This document shows, in pieces, positions 10,117-20,102 of a stretch of DNA of 64,000 bases. The notes beneath the pieces are model-generated. The model was not told the origin of the DNA, did no database searches, and worked only from the letters and a program-made list of their open reading frames with translations. Position numbers and translations under genes: made by a program. This stretch comes from Nitrososphaeraceae archaeon. GTDB taxonomy: Archaea; Thermoproteota; Nitrososphaeria; Nitrososphaerales; Nitrososphaeraceae. Each line of letters starts with the position of its first letter. The stretch's first letter is position 1. The stretch spans positions 32,001 through 96,000 of the forward strand of contig DATFEP010000067.1 in assembly GCA_035250975.1 (NCBI GenBank), in the 5' to 3' direction.

Positions 10117-11195
10117 CAATTGATTCTTACTCGCAAAGCCTGAGTCAATCCATTAAAAAATTAGAAAGAAAAATAGATCTCTCTTATTCTGAATCTTATG
10201 ATATGTTTAAAAGAATTATTAATCGTGAGCTCACCAATCTTGAAGTTTTTTCGATCTTAAAAGTATTGGCCAACAAGGGAGAATCTGTTGATGAAATAAT
10301 AGCTTTAGTTGATCTTATTTATGATAAAGCAATAAAGATAACACCGAATATCAAAGGAAGTTTAATTGACATTTGCGGTACAGGTGGCGATAAAATAAAT
10401 ACTTTTAATATAAGCACCGCATCAAGTGTAGTTGCGTCAGCTGCTGGATGCAAGATAGCAAAACATGGCAATAGATCCTCCTCTGGAATATGTGGAAGTT
10501 CGGATTTTTTGGAAGCAATAGGTTTGGATTTGATAAAAGCGTCAGAAAATGCTTCAGGTTCTATCGAAACTATAGGGATAGGATTTCTCTTCGCACCATT
10601 TTTTCATCCAACTTTAAAAAGTCTATCGAAACTTAGGCAATCTATCGGTATGAGAACTATTTTTAACATCGTCGGTCCGTTGTGCAATCCGTGTACCAAT
10701 CTTACTGGACAAGTAATTGGAGTGTATGATAGCATGCTCTCTGAAAAGATAACAAAGGTAGCCTTAAAAAAGCATAGAAAATACATGATTGTTTACTCTC
10801 TTGATGGCGTTGATGAGTTGACAAATAGTGGAATGAATAATATTACTATAGTTGACAAAGGAAGGATCGATAAATTTGAGTTTTTTTCAACGAATTTTGG
10901 CATTACGAATGCTCCAATTGAAAAAATGTTGATAAAAAACAAGGAAGAATCTATCAGATTAACTTTGCAAGCAATTTATGGGACAGCAGAAAAAGAAATA
11001 GAAGATATAGTAGTTATAAATTCCGCGGCCTCTTTAATAACAGGAGATATTGTAAATAACTTTAAAGACGGGATAGAAATTTCTAGGGAATCGATAAAAA
11101 CTCAAGAAGCCAGAAAAAAACTCGAAACCCTAATAGACAAATATGGAGAGAAAGAAAAATTGATCGAGATAGAAAAAAAATTAGAATTATCATGA
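10113..11195 (+). CDS. trpD: anthranilate phosphoribosyltransferase
   Basis: DICGTGGD, FNISTA, KHGNRSSS, DGVDE. Confidence 0.95.
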   Translation: MTIDSYSQSLSQSIKKLERKIDLSYSESYDMFKRIINRELTNLEVFSILKVLANKGESVDEIIALVDLIYDKAIKITPNIKGSLIDICGTGGDKINTFNISTASSVVASAAGCKIAKHGNRSSSGICGSSDFLEAIGLDLIKASENASGSIETIGIGFLFAPFFHPTLKSLSKLRQSIGMRTIFNIVGPLCNPCTNLTGQVIGVYDSMLSEKITKVALKKHRKYMIVYSLDGVDELTNSGMNNITIVDKGRIDKFEFFSTNFGITNAPIEKMLIKNKEESIRLTLQAIYGTAEKEIEDIVVINSAASLITGDIVNNFKDGIEISRESIKTQEARKKLETLIDKYGEKEKLIEIEKKLELS

Positions 11196-11320
11196 TATAG
11201 ATACGTTACTTGTTATCTCCAGCTCATAGATAGGTAAAATAGAATAATTAGAAAATGAAGAGAAAATAATATTTGCGATGAAGCAAATATTTATATGAGT
11301 ATAACAAAAGAATCCAAATA

Positions 11321-11683
11321 TTGAGCTTTCAATTAACAACCTTGCAAGATAAAGAGAATATCCTACTTGGAAGGAGAGAAGTGAAATATTTCATAAAGGA
11401 AGCGGCTGGTAAATTAAGCAGGTTAGAATTGATAAATTCAATAGAGAAGAGCCTTGGGGTACAAAGAGATAAAATTTATCCAATTGAATTAAGAACTGAA
11501 AAAGGCAAAAATGATGTCCATGCACTAGTGTACATCTACGACAAAAAAGAGCAGTCTGAAAGACAGCTACCTAAGTATCGAATACTTAGAAGGCTTTCAA
11601 AAGATGAAAGAAAAAAAATAATAGACGAAGAGAAAGCAGCTAAACTAAAGGCAAAACAGGCTGCCAAAGCAGATGCGAAGTAA
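11321..11683 (+). CDS. rps24e: 30S ribosomal protein S24e
   Basis: N.LLGRREV N-terminus; conserved linkage to S27ae. Confidence 0.85.
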   Translation: MSFQLTTLQDKENILLGRREVKYFIKEAAGKLSRLELINSIEKSLGVQRDKIYPIELRTEKGKNDVHALVYIYDKKEQSERQLPKYRILRRLSKDERKKIIDEEKAAKLKAKQAAKADAK

Positions 11684-11694
11684 ATCAGTTCCTG

Positions 11695-11889
11695 GTGATA
11701 GAGATGGTCGACACAAAGAAAAATAAAGATTCTAAAATTTATCAATTCTACAAACTTGAGAATGATGTAGTAAAAAGAGTTAGAAGAGAATGTCCCAGGT
11801 GTGGAAAGGGAATTTTCATGGCTGAACATAAGGACAGACATACATGTGGAAAATGTGGATTTACTGAGTTTCTTCATAAAAAGCAATAA
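11695..11889 (+). CDS. rps27ae: 30S ribosomal protein S27ae
   Basis: [26 protein letters not shown]. Confidence 0.95.
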   Translation: MIEMVDTKKNKDSKIYQFYKLENDVVKRVRRECPRCGKGIFMAEHKDRHTCGKCGFTEFLHKKQ

Positions 11890-12596
11890 TAAATGCTTCT
11901 GATGATGATTAGTATTGGGTTAATAAATTAAAAGTAACAGAAATTCATTAGCTCTTCCTAAGGGTATTACTATAAATTATATTTTTTCAGAAAATAAAAG
12001 TGTTAGAAAATTTAAGATTAGAATACTTTTTTTTTCTCTTTATTACAAGTTTTTCATTTCATTTTTTTTAAAATTGTTTTTATGTTGTGAGAAGAAGGAA
12101 CATTTCAACAACAAAAGATACTTCTTTATTTAAATTATTTCATCTTTCATTTTTAATTATCAGATGCTATCGTTAAGACATAAAAAGCCAGATAAATATT
12201 TTGTTCTGGTCACCATATTATCAATAATTATAATTGTCCGTAAGAGAATTCTATCAGTTAATTCTTTTTTAAATTGTTGGATGAAGTACTTTTTAATAAA
12301 GTGAACTTTTGAAACATTATTGATCAACTAGGCTAAACAAGAGATAACAAAATAATTAACCTTCTTTCACTCATTATTTTCAAAACTTTAATGTTAAATA
12401 GGCTACATTGTAATATTTTTAATATATAATAAATTATTTGAGATGCAGTTCTAAAATTACCAAATATTTTAAGCTGATTAAGAAATAATTTTCCATGATA
12501 GTCTTTAATATCAAAATGAGACCAAGAAAAAAATGAAATAGCGTACTTTGGCTAATTGTTGCCATACCGCTGTAAAAAATTCAAAAGTTATTACGA

Positions 12597-13286
12597 TTAT
12601 CTTTCCAAAATATATCTTAATCTATTTTTAAGACTAGGCTCGACTTGAAAATTCAAAATAGAGGACACTGGTATTGAAATATTATTATCTTCTAGGCGAA
12701 TTTTTTTAATCATCAATCCTCTGTTTATCCAATTTTTGACAACCTGCTCTTCCAAATGTACATCCTTAAACCCATCTTGAAACTTATTTTTTAAACATGT
12801 CAAGAGAATGTTGTCGTTTTTGAATAGTTTCTTTGCATCAAATAACCGTTCAAAATCATCATATTTTTCTTCATAGAAAGTACTTTTTACATTATCTGAA
12901 TGAATGTTCATTTTCATAAAACGATTTACTAAACTCACATAATGTAAAAACTCATGTGCAAGTATCGTATGTATCGAACTCTTCAATCCATAGACGACAA
13001 GAGGAGCCGTTATCTGAATAAAAATAGATAAATCTCCCTTACTATTAATATCTGGAATTGTTCTAGCAAAAAGGAGACCGTACTGGTCAAACTCTATCAA
13101 GGATGACGATACTACAAGACTGGGTTCAATATAATATGGGGGGAATTTTATCATACTTGTTTTTTCAATTCTTTTGATTCCATCCAACAAAATGGAAAAC
13201 CGTTTTAAAATAATTTCATATATTTCCCTAGGTATCAGTTTATTGAGAAAAGCATCATTAATAGCAGTCAGAGGTTCACAATCCAT
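12597..13286 (-). CDS. hypothetical protein with HExxH zincin-like motif
   Basis: ILAHEFLHY motif. Confidence 0.65.
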   Translation of the reverse strand: MDCEPLTAINDAFLNKLIPREIYEIILKRFSILLDGIKRIEKTSMIKFPPYYIEPSLVVSSSLIEFDQYGLLFARTIPDINSKGDLSIFIQITAPLVVYGLKSSIHTILAHEFLHYVSLVNRFMKMNIHSDNVKSTFYEEKYDDFERLFDAKKLFKNDNILLTCLKNKFQDGFKDVHLEEQVVKNWINRGLMIKKIRLEDNNISIPVSSILNFQVEPSLKNRLRYILER

Positions 13287-13323
13287 TATTAGATAAGATC
13301 AAAATATCATAAATATAAAAAAA

Positions 13324-14475
13324 TTACGCGACAGTTATATCCAGAACGTCAAATTTTATACAAGTACATTTATTACCAATATATGATGAAACATTTGGTT
13401 CTATCCAATTCTTTCCCTCTATAAACTGTTTTACGGACAATCCGCTATCTGACAAAAAGGTAACAACAAAATCATATTCATCTAATCTCTTTACAGAGAT
13501 TTTGTAGATTTTCCTTTGAACTATTTTTGTTTTGTTTTTATATTTTATTGTAGAATTCTTCAGTTGCTTTAGTCTCAATAAATTTAAATTGTTTATAGGA
13601 AATAGTGTTTTCACATAGGCTTTTGTTTTTGATATATAATTTATGGTGTATTTTTTTATTGATTCTTTTTTTTCTTTTATCTTAAATAATATTCCATCCT
13701 CTTGGAAAATTATATTCTTTTTTATTTTCCTTTTTTTTGGGTTAATGATTTGGGCTATAAAAAATCTTCCCTTCCCTAAAACCATACTATTTTGATCTTC
13801 ACCTCCCATCCATGTAAAATTTACATTCTCGCAAGAGGTAAAATCCATCAAATGACGTTTTATGATCATTTCAATCGATTTTTTTTCATTATTGTTTTCA
13901 ATAAGGTTACATATCTTACATCCTCGTCCTTCACAATTATCACATTTGATTTTCCTTTGATGCATTAGTTTTTTCTTTGTATATCTGCAGATTAAGTAAT
14001 ACGTACGGGTTCGAAAGTCAACAGAAAATTCAAGATCATGAGATATTGAAACATTTATCAGCATATCAGGAGATTGTATTTTTAAAGGCTTTTTTAAAAC
14101 TTTTTCAAAATTATTTCTCACTGCATGATTAAAAGCTGATTTGATATTCTCTTCTCCACGTAGTTGAAAAAGAGACCTGAAATGATCTTCATTATCAAAC
14201 AAATGTGCAGGAAGAGAAGTTCCCAAACAATAAGAATCAAACTCATATTTATTTTTAACAGATATGAGAAAGGCTATTTCCTTTACAATTTCTTCTATGA
14301 TATCAAATAATCCCCTACAAATAAAACATTTTGAGGCAGAGTTATCTGTACTTGTTACCTTATGATCTTTAAGCATCGCGTACTTACCAATTAATATTTT
14401 TGCTGTATTGTTTCTTTTTAAACAATAATCACACAACATATAAAAATCATTGACAATATTTTCAGATTGTTTCAA
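13324..14475 (-). CDS. pus10: tRNA pseudouridine synthase Pus10, degenerate
   Basis: N-terminal CxxC pairs and THUMP-like region, RYTK, GGEDQNS..LGKGR.F, C-terminal PNVS...FDVLDI; adjacent to SRP54. Confidence 0.8.
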   Translation of the reverse strand: MKQSENIVNDFYMLCDYCLKRNNTAKILIGKYAMLKDHKVTSTDNSASKCFICRGLFDIIEEIVKEIAFLISVKNKYEFDSYCLGTSLPAHLFDNEDHFRSLFQLRGEENIKSAFNHAVRNNFEKVLKKPLKIQSPDMLINVSISHDLEFSVDFRTRTYYLICRYTKKKLMHQRKIKCDNCEGRGCKICNLIENNNEKKSIEMIIKRHLMDFTSCENVNFTWMGGEDQNSMVLGKGRFFIAQIINPKKRKIKKNIIFQEDGILFKIKEKKESIKKYTINYISKTKAYVKTLFPINNLNLLRLKQLKNSTIKYKNKTKIVQRKIYKISVKRLDEYDFVVTFLSDSGLSVKQFIEGKNWIEPNVSSYIGNKCTCIKFDVLDITVA

Positions 14476-14513
14476 ATTATTATTGCACTTAACTATTGTT
14501 ATTGTTAGTTACA

Positions 14514-15881
14514 TTAACCCAAACCGAAACGTCTCAACATTCCATGCATCTGTCTGCCTTTTGCCTGTTTCATCATACTTTTTGAATTATTGTATTGTTT
14601 TATCATTTCTTTAACATCATGTTCCATTATACCTGATCCTCTTGAAATTCGTTTTCTCCTTGAATCATTGATCACATTTGGATCTTTTTTTTCCTCTTTT
14701 GTCATTGATTGTATAACAAATCTCCATTTTTCAATCTTTGTTTGTAAATTATCTAGTTGTTCATCTTTTACCATACCAGAAAGTCCTGGAAGATTTTCCA
14801 TTACATTTCTAAATCCCATTTTACTTACATTTTCCATTTGAGAATAGAAATCTTCTATAGTCATTCTACCGCCTAACAATCTTTTAGCTTGGTTTGCGTC
14901 TGCTTCCAATTCAAGGCTTTTTGCCATTTCTAACAATGCCTTGATATCACCCATCCCCAATAAGCGCCCTACAAACCTAGTTGGAGAAAATAATTCTAAA
15001 TCATCAATCCTTTCACCAGTTCCGATAAACATAATTTTAGCTCCAGTGGCTGCAGAAGCTGCTAAAGCACCTCCACCCTTCGCAGTTCCATCTAGTTTAG
15101 TGATCAAAATTCCTCCCACTGGAGCGGCATCGTGAAATGCTTTTGCCTGATTGTATGCCTGCTGTCCAATAGTACCATCTATTACTAGGATGACTATATC
15201 AGGATTAATAACATTATACATATCATTCATTTCCTGTAATAATCCTGACTCTTCTTTGTGTCTTCCAGCTGTATCTATAATGATTACATCATAATCGAGA
15301 TTATCATAATACTTTAATCCATTTCTCACTATAGAAACAGGATTCTTATTATCTTCTTCTCCATAAACTTCCACTTTAATTTTAATGCTATTCATCTTCA
15401 ATTGTGTAAGAGCGCCAGGTCTCCACGTATCTGCACCTATAATAGCTGTTTTATATCCATGCCTGGTTAACCATCTCGCAAGTTTAACTGTACAAGTAGT
15501 TTTTCCGCTTCCCTGAATACCAAGCATCAAAATGATATTCTTCTTCCCAGGTTTAAAATTTAGAGATTCTTTTTCGTCTGAATAAGATTTCTCTATATTA
15601 GTTATGCTTGTTCCGCTATATCCAAGTAAAGAAGCAATTTCATTATAAAGTATTGTAATAATATGATCTTTTCTTGATAATCCTTTTGGAGACTGTTCAT
15701 TCAAGGCACGCTCTTTTAAATTCTTTGTAATAGAAAGCACCAATTTAACATTAATATCGGATTGCAATAATGATCTTTGGATATCCTTAGAGAGAGAATC
15801 AATCAATTCTTCATTTATATCCGATGCTCCTACTATTTTCTTGAGAGCGCTTCTTAATCCGGTCCGTAGATTATCAAACAT
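14514..15881 (-). CDS. srp54: signal recognition particle protein SRP54
   Basis: GIQGSGKTT, DTAGRH, TKLDGTAKGGGAL, M-domain SMT..E and RISRGSG. Confidence 0.97.
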   Translation of the reverse strand: MFDNLRTGLRSALKKIVGASDINEELIDSLSKDIQRSLLQSDINVKLVLSITKNLKERALNEQSPKGLSRKDHIITILYNEIASLLGYSGTSITNIEKSYSDEKESLNFKPGKKNIILMLGIQGSGKTTCTVKLARWLTRHGYKTAIIGADTWRPGALTQLKMNSIKIKVEVYGEEDNKNPVSIVRNGLKYYDNLDYDVIIIDTAGRHKEESGLLQEMNDMYNVINPDIVILVIDGTIGQQAYNQAKAFHDAAPVGGILITKLDGTAKGGGALAASAATGAKIMFIGTGERIDDLELFSPTRFVGRLLGMGDIKALLEMAKSLELEADANQAKRLLGGRMTIEDFYSQMENVSKMGFRNVMENLPGLSGMVKDEQLDNLQTKIEKWRFVIQSMTKEEKKDPNVINDSRRKRISRGSGIMEHDVKEMIKQYNNSKSMMKQAKGRQMHGMLRRFGLG

Positions 15882-15882
15882 T

Positions 15883-16569
15883 TTACTTATCCATTAATAC
15901 AATATCCGTTATTTCTATTATACCTCTTTGTCCATCCCATTTAGTCTTTGAATTAAGAATTTGTAATCTCTTTTCATAGATTGGACAGTCAATAACAAGT
16001 GTTTCTGCTTCCCCTCCTTCAAATGCCACATTAAACCCATATTTTTTGCTTAACAAAAATAATTTTTCTAGTTTATCTTGATCTATAATTATGCCCAACC
16101 AAGCCTCATCAAGCCCCATTGCAGAGACACCAACTATGAGTATGAAGAATTTATGAATGAGTAGTTCCTTCATATATGAAAATTGGTCAGCTTCCCATAG
16201 TGGAGAATAAAGTATCAAATCATTATCTTTACAAATATTAAGAAAAATATTTTTTTGAAAATTTGAGAACAATCCTCCATTGACTAATCCTTCGATGTTG
16301 TATTCTGCCTTGGCAATTTTTACCAAATGATCTAGAGATTTTATTTCATCATCTAAATTGTTAATTTTAATGTTACCTTCGATAATGGGTATATTCATAG
16401 CTCTAGATTGTAATTCAGGAACCCCTTTATTTGGGAAGTGAAATAGAAGACTTTCTTCATTAGATGGATATAATGTAATCAAACATTCTATTGAAAATCC
16501 TTTTTTCTTAGCGAGATAGATAGCATATGTACTATCCTTACCGCCGGAGAAAAGACTCGCTAGTTTCAT
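15883..16569 (-). CDS. dph6: diphthine--ammonia ligase (PP-loop ATPase)
   Basis: SGGKDS, SPLW, FEGGEAETLVIDCP. Confidence 0.88.
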   Translation of the reverse strand: MKLASLFSGGKDSTYAIYLAKKKGFSIECLITLYPSNEESLLFHFPNKGVPELQSRAMNIPIIEGNIKINNLDDEIKSLDHLVKIAKAEYNIEGLVNGGLFSNFQKNIFLNICKDNDLILYSPLWEADQFSYMKELLIHKFFILIVGVSAMGLDEAWLGIIIDQDKLEKLFLLSKKYGFNVAFEGGEAETLVIDCPIYEKRLQILNSKTKWDGQRGIIEITDIVLMDK

Positions 16570-16639
16570 TATTTATATCAATTAAATTAATAGCATATAT
16601 AAAAATAAAATATGGCAAAGCAGATGATACTTTTGATTA

Positions 16640-17023
16640 TTACATAGTGGAGAGTGAATTATGCTGCTGAATAGTTGCGTAATTGGGCTGCTCCGATATC
16701 TCTGGGAACAATCCTGCTAATTTATCATGTTTCTCTAGAAAATCTGCTCCCATAGACGTCGTCTTGTACAAACCAGTAACTTTGGAATATTCCATTAAAC
16801 CTTGTTTTACTGCTAATCGCAAATATCGAGTTATTTGAGAATGAGACACAGACGCCTTATTCATTATAGTTGTTTGATATTCCCATTTATTGGCAGCACA
16901 ACGAATTATAGATGCAATTATTCCTATATCAGTTCTATTTTTCAAAGAATCTTTACCTCTTTCTTCATTGTATGAATGCTGAATGATAGAATTCAATTTA
17001 GATAATAAAAAAACCTTTGACAA
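16640..17023 (-). CDS. winged-helix transcription regulator
   Basis: R.DIGIIASI...TTIMNKASVS...RYL...GLM...YKTT..G..FL archaeal wHTH pattern. Confidence 0.75.
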   Translation of the reverse strand: MSKVFLLSKLNSIIQHSYNEERGKDSLKNRTDIGIIASIIRCAANKWEYQTTIMNKASVSHSQITRYLRLAVKQGLMEYSKVTGLYKTTSMGADFLEKHDKLAGLFPEISEQPNYATIQQHNSLSTM

Positions 17024-17744
17024 TTATTAACGACAAAATTGTTTGTTAAATTAAAACCGATAAAAAGAAATAATAAAAATTAATCAAAACACCTCAGCAA
17101 CTCATAATCTTCGTCACATACAAATTACAATGTATCGGACGGCTCTTCCTATACTTCATCGGCATTTGATTTGTTTATTATCTTTAATTTAAATTGATCA
17201 TTAATAAAGACTGCTCTTTTGGACAACTACTTTAAATACTGATTTTTTTTTATTCCAATCCGACGTGTAGAAATTCGGCAGTTATAGTTGATATCATCTG
17301 TCTATTCTTCTAGTAATATTACTAAACACGTGCTCGTATTATATCTTCAGTCTGCCTCTATTGTAAATGAAAGTAAACTCAGATGCAATCCAACGATTTG
17401 GTATACGAACTATCCACCTTCTTTATACCTGTTAATCTTCCATTTTGGTATCTGGGTTATCAATAACATCAATATCAAGAAATTTCTCCTCTCTTTATAA
17501 CAGGTTATCTCTATTTCTCCCAGTGAAAGAGATACTAGCATTAAGATTGTTAGCTAAATAAGTTAGAAATCTGACTTATGCAACAAGACATTAGAACCAA
17601 ATAAAGAGATTTGAGTCAGGATAGTGCAAATACAAATGTGATTTAAAAGTAAAATAAGCTAAAGAATGTTTTTTTTGCACTTAATATTCATAAAATAAAA
17701 TGAAATAAAATTAATTTTTATTATCCTTATTTTATATTGAGAGT

Positions 17745-18797
17745 ATGATCTCTGCAAGGATAGTTAAAACAAATGAATCTCTGATAATTGAAAATATGCA
17801 GCAACCAAAACCTGTACATACACAAGTTTTGGTACGAGTTAAAGCTGCTGGTATATGTCATAGTGACCTACACTTGTGGGAAGGAGGATACATTGGTTCT
17901 GGCGGAAAAATTATGAAGGTAGAGGATAGAGGAGTTCGTTTCCCATTAACACCAGGCCATGAGGTGGCAGGTGTCGTGGAGGACATAGGAGAATCAGTGT
18001 CATATTTTCAAAAAGGAGACAGCGTATTGGTTTATCCTTGGATTGGGGATGAAATATGTTCGTCATGCAAGTCAGGGGATGAACATTTATGTGATAAACC
18101 TAGAACATTAGGAATTTATCAAGATGGAGGCTACTCAGACTTAATTCTTGTTCCTAATTATAAATACCTAATAAAATTAGAACAAGATGATTTTGATTCT
18201 GCAGCTTCTCTTGCATGTTCTGGGTTAACTGCTTATACAGCAATAAAGAAAGCAGCTGCAACTCCCAATGATAATTTGGTAATCATTGGAGCTGGCGGTT
18301 TGGGATTGATGGCAGTGCAGATAGCAAAATCAATCACTAATTCCAAGATTTTGGTTGTAGATGTGGACAATGAGAAATTAAATGAAGCGAAGAGATTAGG
18401 TGCAGATCACATTATCAATTCCGTAGAGACAGATCCTATCAAGAATGTAAAGGATTTAACAGGAGGACAGGGTTGTGAAATAGTAATAGATTTTGTAAAT
18501 AACAGTAAAACCGCTCCGGTAGCTATGGATAGTTTGAGAAAGAGAGGAAAATATATAATGGTAGGGCTATTCGGAGGATCATTAGAATTGAATCTCCCAT
18601 TGGTTCCCTTGAGAGCATTTAATATAATGGGCGCTTATACTGGAAGAATTACAGACTTGGTTGAACTAGTATCACTTTATAAAAAAGGAAAGATAAGTTC
18701 AGTTGTATCAAAGAAATACAAACTGGATGCCGTGAATGATGCTCTCCAAGATTTAAAGGACAGAAAAATTATTGGAAGAGCAGTATTTAATCCTTAA
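17745..18797 (+). CDS. zinc-dependent alcohol dehydrogenase (MDR family)
   Basis: GICHSD, GHE, structural-Zn cysteines, GAGGLG. Confidence 0.93.
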   Translation: MISARIVKTNESLIIENMQQPKPVHTQVLVRVKAAGICHSDLHLWEGGYIGSGGKIMKVEDRGVRFPLTPGHEVAGVVEDIGESVSYFQKGDSVLVYPWIGDEICSSCKSGDEHLCDKPRTLGIYQDGGYSDLILVPNYKYLIKLEQDDFDSAASLACSGLTAYTAIKKAAATPNDNLVIIGAGGLGLMAVQIAKSITNSKILVVDVDNEKLNEAKRLGADHIINSVETDPIKNVKDLTGGQGCEIVIDFVNNSKTAPVAMDSLRKRGKYIMVGLFGGSLELNLPLVPLRAFNIMGAYTGRITDLVELVSLYKKGKISSVVSKKYKLDAVNDALQDLKDRKIIGRAVFNP

Positions 18798-18839
18798 AGA
18801 AAATTTCTAATCTTCTCTTTTTAATCTTATTTAAATGTA

Positions 18840-18998
18840 TCCCGCGAGCAGGATTTGCCCCAAATAACAATTGTTACTTTGTTTGAGCCTGCGACAATTC
18901 GGTATCTGTTAAATGTAAGCCTGATAGGCTGATCACAACGGTTAGCTAAACAGCCAACTTCTACAGCCGAAAGCTCTACCAGGCTGAGCTATCGCGGG
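18840..18998 (-). tRNA. tRNA-Tyr(GTA) with two introns: 37/38 (18904-18960, 57 nt) and T-loop 58/59 (18855-18882, 28 nt)
   Basis: Acceptor CCCGCGA/TCGCGGG-A; D arm GCTC/GAGC; anticodon stem TTCGG/CCGAA with CT-GTA-G; T stem GCAGG/CCTGC; BHB-type motifs at both insertions. Confidence 0.92.
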
Positions 18999-19061
18999 AT
19001 ATCTGCTGTGAAACATTTATTATATATAATTGATTCTAAGCAGATATTCAAAGATTCAATT

Positions 19062-20057
19062 TCAATTCGACATGAATTCAGATAAATACAATGAGGAATA
19101 AGTAATTATTTTATCTGCTCCAGATCTTTTAAGTGAACCCAAGAGATTTAAAAGAAAGTGAATCTCATCTATAACTCCCATCTTTGATGCTGCTTTTATC
19201 ATCGAATATTCGCCAGACACAATCTGGACTACTGTTGGAGCGGTGTATTTCTTACTAACTTGATAAACCAAATCTAAAGAAGTAATAGAAGGTTTTAACA
19301 TTATCATATCTGCACCTTCTCGAATATCAAATTCAATCTCCCTAAGCACCTCCATGGTGTTGCAAAAGGATACCTGATAGGAAGATTTGTCCAAGTATTT
19401 CTGAAAGTTCAGGAATACTCCAGATTGAAAGGGTTTATAAAGGGACGAGGATTGTTTTGCTGAAAATGAAAGTATTTGTGTTTTCTTATAACCCTCAGTA
19501 TCCAGTTTTTCCCTAATACAGCGAACTTGACCATCCATCATTGACGAAGGAGCTACAATATCGGCTCCAGCGATGGAATGACTTAACGCTATCTTAGCAA
19601 GATAATCGACGGTTTGATCATTTTTAATTTCATTATTTTTGCTCGTTATACCGCAATGTCCAGATTCGTTATAGTTACATAGACATATATCAGTAATCAA
19701 TTTCAGTTTATCTCCAAAATTAGATTTCAATGTTCTTATTGTCTTTTGAACAACTCCGTTTGCTGAAAACGCGAAAGAACCATCTCTTGTTTTATTTCTC
19801 GGTATTCCAAACAATATGATTGATTTAATCCCTTTATCTACTACATCTCCTACCGAATCGATTATTTTATGATAGGGAATTTGAAAAATTCCAGGCATTG
19901 ATCCAAGTTGATGATACCTTGCCATCTCAGTAATAAAAATTGGATAAATCAGGTCATCTTTATATAGTCTAAAATTTTTTGTCAGTTCCAAGTAAAATTT
20001 TTGGTCTGATTCTGACATGTTTAGTACACTCTTGATGTAATTATTTATAACTTCCAT
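19062..20057 (-). CDS. hemB: porphobilinogen synthase paralog (divergent second HemB)
   Basis: DICLCNY..SGHCG, APSSMMDGQV, GADMIMLKP, VSGEYSMI. Confidence 0.85.
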   Translation of the reverse strand: MEVINNYIKSVLNMSESDQKFYLELTKNFRLYKDDLIYPIFITEMARYHQLGSMPGIFQIPYHKIIDSVGDVVDKGIKSIILFGIPRNKTRDGSFAFSANGVVQKTIRTLKSNFGDKLKLITDICLCNYNESGHCGITSKNNEIKNDQTVDYLAKIALSHSIAGADIVAPSSMMDGQVRCIREKLDTEGYKKTQILSFSAKQSSSLYKPFQSGVFLNFQKYLDKSSYQVSFCNTMEVLREIEFDIREGADMIMLKPSITSLDLVYQVSKKYTAPTVVQIVSGEYSMIKAASKMGVIDEIHFLLNLLGSLKRSGADKIITYSSLYLSEFMSN

Positions 20058-20102
20058 GAAAGAAGATCATACAATTTGATTCAATGATAAATTGCTTCTT
20101 TG

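Noticed and set aside
11895-12596. ATGATGA (C-box-like) at 11902 and a 700-bp AT-rich gap as an sRNA or replication origin
   Set aside because: No D box at a suitable distance, no ORB-like repeats and no adjacent cdc6.
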